Assembly: GCF_988242995.1 (NCBI RefSeq)
Contig: NZ_OZ547043.1
Length of the DNA stretch: 64,000 bases
Reading direction: 5' to 3' (one strand)
Of this stretch, positions 60,652-64,000 are shown one piece after another. How positions within the stretch are numbered: the first letter of the stretch is position 1; the number at the start of each line of letters is the position of its first letter. The translations under genes were made by a program, and so were the position numbers. Under the pieces are notes generated by a model that saw only the letters and a program-made list of their open reading frames with translations, was not told the DNA's origin and made no database searches.

Positions 60652-62124
60652 TTACTTACTTTTCTTGATATGCTTCATCAGGCGCTTACGCTTGCGCATC
60701 TGGGTTGGCGTCAGGGTATTACGCTTGTTCGCATACGGGTTTTCCCCTTCTTTGAACTGAATACGAATCGGCGATCCCATTACGTCCAGCGATTTGCGGA
60801 AGTAGTTCATCAGGTAACGCTTGTAGGAATCAGGCAGGTCTTTCACCTGGTTACCATGAATCACCACAATCGGCGGGTTATAACCACCGGCGTGGGCATA
60901 TTTCAGCTTCACACGACGACCGCGTACCAGCGGCGGTTGGTGATCTTCAACAGCCATCGTCATGATGCGCGTCAGCATAGAGGTCCCCACACGACGGGTG
61001 GAGCTGTCATACGCTTCACGCACTGATTCAAACAAGTTACCAACACCACTGCCGTGCAAGGCAGAGATAAAGTGCACACGAGCAAAATCGATAAAGCCCA
61101 GACGGAAGTCCAGCGTTTCTTTCACCTGCTCTTTCACTTCCTGGCTCAGGCCATCCCACTTATTCACCACAATGACAAGTGAGCGCCCACTATTGAGAAT
61201 AAAGCCCAGCAGCGAGAGATCCTGATCGGAAATACCTTCGCGGGCGTCAATCACCAACATCACCACGTTGGCATCTTCAATGGCCTGCAACGTTTTGATT
61301 ACCGAGAATTTCTCTACAGCATCGGTGATTTTGCCGCGTTTACGTACGCCAGCGGTGTCAATGAGTACATACTCACGTCCATCGCGCTCCATTGGAATGT
61401 AGATGCTGTCACGCGTCGTGCCAGGCATGTCGTAAACAACAACGCGCTCTTCACCAAGAATACGGTTAGTGAGTGTAGACTTACCTACGTTCGGACGACC
61501 CACAATCGCCAGTTTGATCGGCAGACTTTGCGGGTCGAAGTCATCTTCCTCTTCTTCTTCGCCGTTTTCTTCTGCTTCAAATTGCGCCCAGTATTCAGCG
61601 TCTTCGTCGACTTCTTCTTGCGGTGCGAGATCTTCCATCCACGGCAGCAGCACGTGCTCAAGCAGACTTAATACGCCACGACCGTGAGACGCGGCGATCG
61701 GGTAGATTTCCCCTAAACCAAGCGAGTAGAAATCAACCACTGCCTGATCGGGATCCAGACCGTCAGTTTTGTTTGCCACCAGGAAGGTCGGTTTTTCACG
61801 GGAGCGCAGATGTTTAGCAATCGCTTCATCCGCCGGCATCAGGCCCGCGCGCGCATCCACCATAAACAGTACGACGTCCGCTTCTTCAATCGCCAGCAGC
61901 GACTGTTCCGCCATGCGGGTTTCTACACCGTCTTCTGTGCCATCAATCCCGCCGGTATCAATGCAGATAAACTCACGGCCTTCAATTTCTGCACGACCGT
62001 ACTTACGGTCACGAGTCAGACCCGGGAAATCCGCAACCAGCGCATCTCGGGTGCGAGTTAGACGGTTAAATAACGTGGATTTTCCTACGTTAGGGCGCCC
62101 GACAAGCGCGACCACAGGTACCAT
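60652..62124 (-). CDS. der: Ribosome-associated GTPase Der (EngA), tandem GTPase domains
   Basis: ORF 60652..62163; start at [16 protein letters not shown] (490 aa); two G1 motifs GRPNVGKS. Confidence 0.95.
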   Translation of the reverse strand: MVPVVALVGRPNVGKSTLFNRLTRTRDALVADFPGLTRDRKYGRAEIEGREFICIDTGGIDGTEDGVETRMAEQSLLAIEEADVVLFMVDARAGLMPADEAIAKHLRSREKPTFLVANKTDGLDPDQAVVDFYSLGLGEIYPIAASHGRGVLSLLEHVLLPWMEDLAPQEEVDEDAEYWAQFEAEENGEEEEEDDFDPQSLPIKLAIVGRPNVGKSTLTNRILGEERVVVYDMPGTTRDSIYIPMERDGREYVLIDTAGVRKRGKITDAVEKFSVIKTLQAIEDANVVMLVIDAREGISDQDLSLLGFILNSGRSLVIVVNKWDGLSQEVKEQVKETLDFRLGFIDFARVHFISALHGSGVGNLFESVREAYDSSTRRVGTSMLTRIMTMAVEDHQPPLVRGRRVKLKYAHAGGYNPPIVVIHGNQVKDLPDSYKRYLMNYFRKSLDVMGSPIRIQFKEGENPYANKRNTLTPTQMRKRKRLMKHIKKSK

Positions 62125-62241
62125 GTTTAAAGCCTCATTTTTATAAATCATCAGACAACGCACGCTATATTCGTGTCGTTGTTAAAAACAGGAAAACGGC
62201 CCCTGTCCAGGAGCCGTTTTCAAAGTGAACGACAGAGACGA

Positions 62242-63420
62242 TTAACGTGTAATAGAGTACACGGTTCCGTCTTTTGCCTGGATCAGCAGTTTGCCGTCAG
62301 CGGCAACCGGTTCAGTCTGGAAACCGGAACTATCAACTTTTTGCTGGGCAACGAAACGACCATCTTCGACGTTAATCCAGTGCAGATAACCTTCACTGTC
62401 ACCTACCACCAGGTTGCCATTATACAGCACCGGAGAAGTCAGCAGGCGATGCAACAGATCGCTTTGTGTCCACAGCGTAACGCCGCCATCAATGGTCAAC
62501 GCCATCACCCGGTCATTTTGATCGACCAGATAGATGCGGTTGCCGTCGACGATGAAATCATTCACCGAACCCAGTTCGCGTTTCCACATAATCTGACCGC
62601 TGCGCAGATCAAGCGCCGTCAGGTTACCATTATAGGCCAGCGCGAAAACAACGCCGTTAACAACGACGGGAGTCGTGTCAACATCGCTCAGACGGTCAAT
62701 TTCGGTTGAACCGGTCGCCTGGGAAATACGCTGCTGCCAAATCATCTGGCCCTGTTCCATCAGCACTGCGCTGACGCGACCATTATCGCCACCCACGACG
62801 GCCGCACCAAAAGCCGTTGCCGGCGCAGACTCGCCACGCAAAGAGAGCGAAGGCATATCGAGGTTAACTGTCCATTTGACAGCGCCGTCGGTTTCGTTCA
62901 GCGCTTGTAACTGACCATTACTGGTGTGGATTAACACCAGACCGTCGCTGACCACCGGACGCGAAAGTGCTTCACCCGCGACTTTAGTTTGCCATGCCAC
63001 AGTACCATCGCTGGTATTCAGCGCGTAAACCTGCGCCTTTTCACTGCCAATGTAGACATGCCCGCCAGACACGGTCACGCCGCCAGAAAGTAATGCAGGC
63101 TCTTTAGAGAACCAGCCATCTTTCTCGGCCAGGCTGACAGACCAGATTTCTTTGCCATCATCCGCATTCAGCGCTTTTACTAAACCAGCGCGGTCCGCTG
63201 CATAGACAACGTTGTCCGCCAGTGCCGGATGAAGATTGGAATAGAAGTTGCCAATGCCGCTACCAACGGAAGTGCTCCACGCCGTGGTCGGCGTAAACTG
63301 GTTTTCAACGGTTGGCAATGGGGACATCTTTACCACATCTTCTTCGCTGTTAAACAGCGAACAGCCGCTTAAAAGGGTAACGGAAAGCAGTCCTGGCAGC
63401 AGTAATTTACGCAATTGCAT
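62242..63420 (-). CDS. bamB: Outer membrane protein assembly lipoprotein BamB (YfgL), PQQ beta-propeller
   Basis: 392-aa ORF; lipobox LLSGC. Confidence 0.95.
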   Translation of the reverse strand: MQLRKLLLPGLLSVTLLSGCSLFNSEEDVVKMSPLPTVENQFTPTTAWSTSVGSGIGNFYSNLHPALADNVVYAADRAGLVKALNADDGKEIWSVSLAEKDGWFSKEPALLSGGVTVSGGHVYIGSEKAQVYALNTSDGTVAWQTKVAGEALSRPVVSDGLVLIHTSNGQLQALNETDGAVKWTVNLDMPSLSLRGESAPATAFGAAVVGGDNGRVSAVLMEQGQMIWQQRISQATGSTEIDRLSDVDTTPVVVNGVVFALAYNGNLTALDLRSGQIMWKRELGSVNDFIVDGNRIYLVDQNDRVMALTIDGGVTLWTQSDLLHRLLTSPVLYNGNLVVGDSEGYLHWINVEDGRFVAQQKVDSSGFQTEPVAADGKLLIQAKDGTVYSITR

Positions 63421-63430
63421 CGGGTCCCTC

Positions 63431-64000
63431 TCAGATGGACAAATTATTAATTTTCATCTGCATCATTTCGCTCAGTGCCGGGGTAACATCGCTTTTCACG
63501 CCTGCTTCCCATGCACTACGCGCACCTTGCTTATCACCTTTGCTCAGCAATGCTTCACCACGCAGGTCGGCAACAATGGCAGCCCACCCTTCACCTTTGA
63601 TGGTATCAAGGGTTTTCAGCGCGGCATCAGCCTGCTTGAGCTGAACCTGAACGCGAGCAAGACGCAGATTTATCACGGCTTTGAGATTTTCATCGCTCGT
63701 GTCTGCCAGCCCCTGTTGTAACTGGGCGGCAGCTTTCTCTAGTTCATTTTTGTCAACAAATTGCTGCGCAAGTTCCAAAGAAGCCAGCGCACCATAAGTA
63801 TTTTTATTTTCAGCAGCAAATTTTTCCGCCGCCGGAATGCTATCCGGTTTGCCTTCGCTCACTGCGGTAACCGCATTTTGATAGGCAAGAGAAGCGGAGC
63901 GTGCAGAATCAACCTGATGGCTGTTCCAGTAGCGCCAGCCAATTAGTGCGCCAACGCCCAAAATCACCCCAACAGCCAGTGCTTTGCCATTTTCAGCAAA
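63431..64000 (-). CDS. yfgM: Membrane-anchored TPR-like protein YfgM; N-terminus beyond window end
   Basis: ORF open to the end of the window; the in-window M at 63967 is internal. Confidence 0.88.
   Translation of the reverse strand, partial: FAENGKALAVGVILGVGALIGWRYWNSHQVDSARSASLAYQNAVTAVSEGKPDSIPAAEKFAAENKNTYGALASLELAQQFVDKNELEKAAAQLQQGLADTSDENLKAVINLRLARVQVQLKQADAALKTLDTIKGEGWAAIVADLRGEALLSKGDKQGARSAWEAGVKSDVTPALSEMMQMKINNLSI

Overview
This window is an Enterobacteriaceae chromosomal segment that is collinear with the Escherichia coli acrD–dapE–purC–dapA–hyf–purMN–ppk/ppx–guaBA–xseA–der–bamB–yfgM region; all gene names below come from recognising the translated ORFs by memory, not from a database search. 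It is mostly conserved core genes: the complete hyfABCDEFGHIJ-hyfR-focB hydrogenase-4 locus with a sigma54-type promoter, three PurR-box-bearing pur/gua promoters, and REP/BIME repeats. Two accessory insertions stand out. (1) An IS200-family element (Y1 transposase) sits between yfgI and guaA. (2) An ~11.6 kb island between xseA and yfgJ carries a three-gene operon on the minus strand: an intimin/invasin-type inverse autotransporter (SinH-like), a small secreted protein (SinI-like), and a 2680-aa giant protein of nine tandem ~280-aa repeats (RatA/RatB-like). This matches the Salmonella CS54 / ExPEC sinH-sinI-ratA island, so it is a poorly characterised adhesin system rather than an entirely new one. 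The features I think are new observations are a perfect 19-bp inverted repeat inside the SinH signal-peptide coding region, a 29-bp perfect palindrome plus hairpin between sinI and the giant gene, module sharing among the three island proteins, and the absence of any visible translocator domain in the giant protein. No CRISPR array, tRNA or rRNA was seen.
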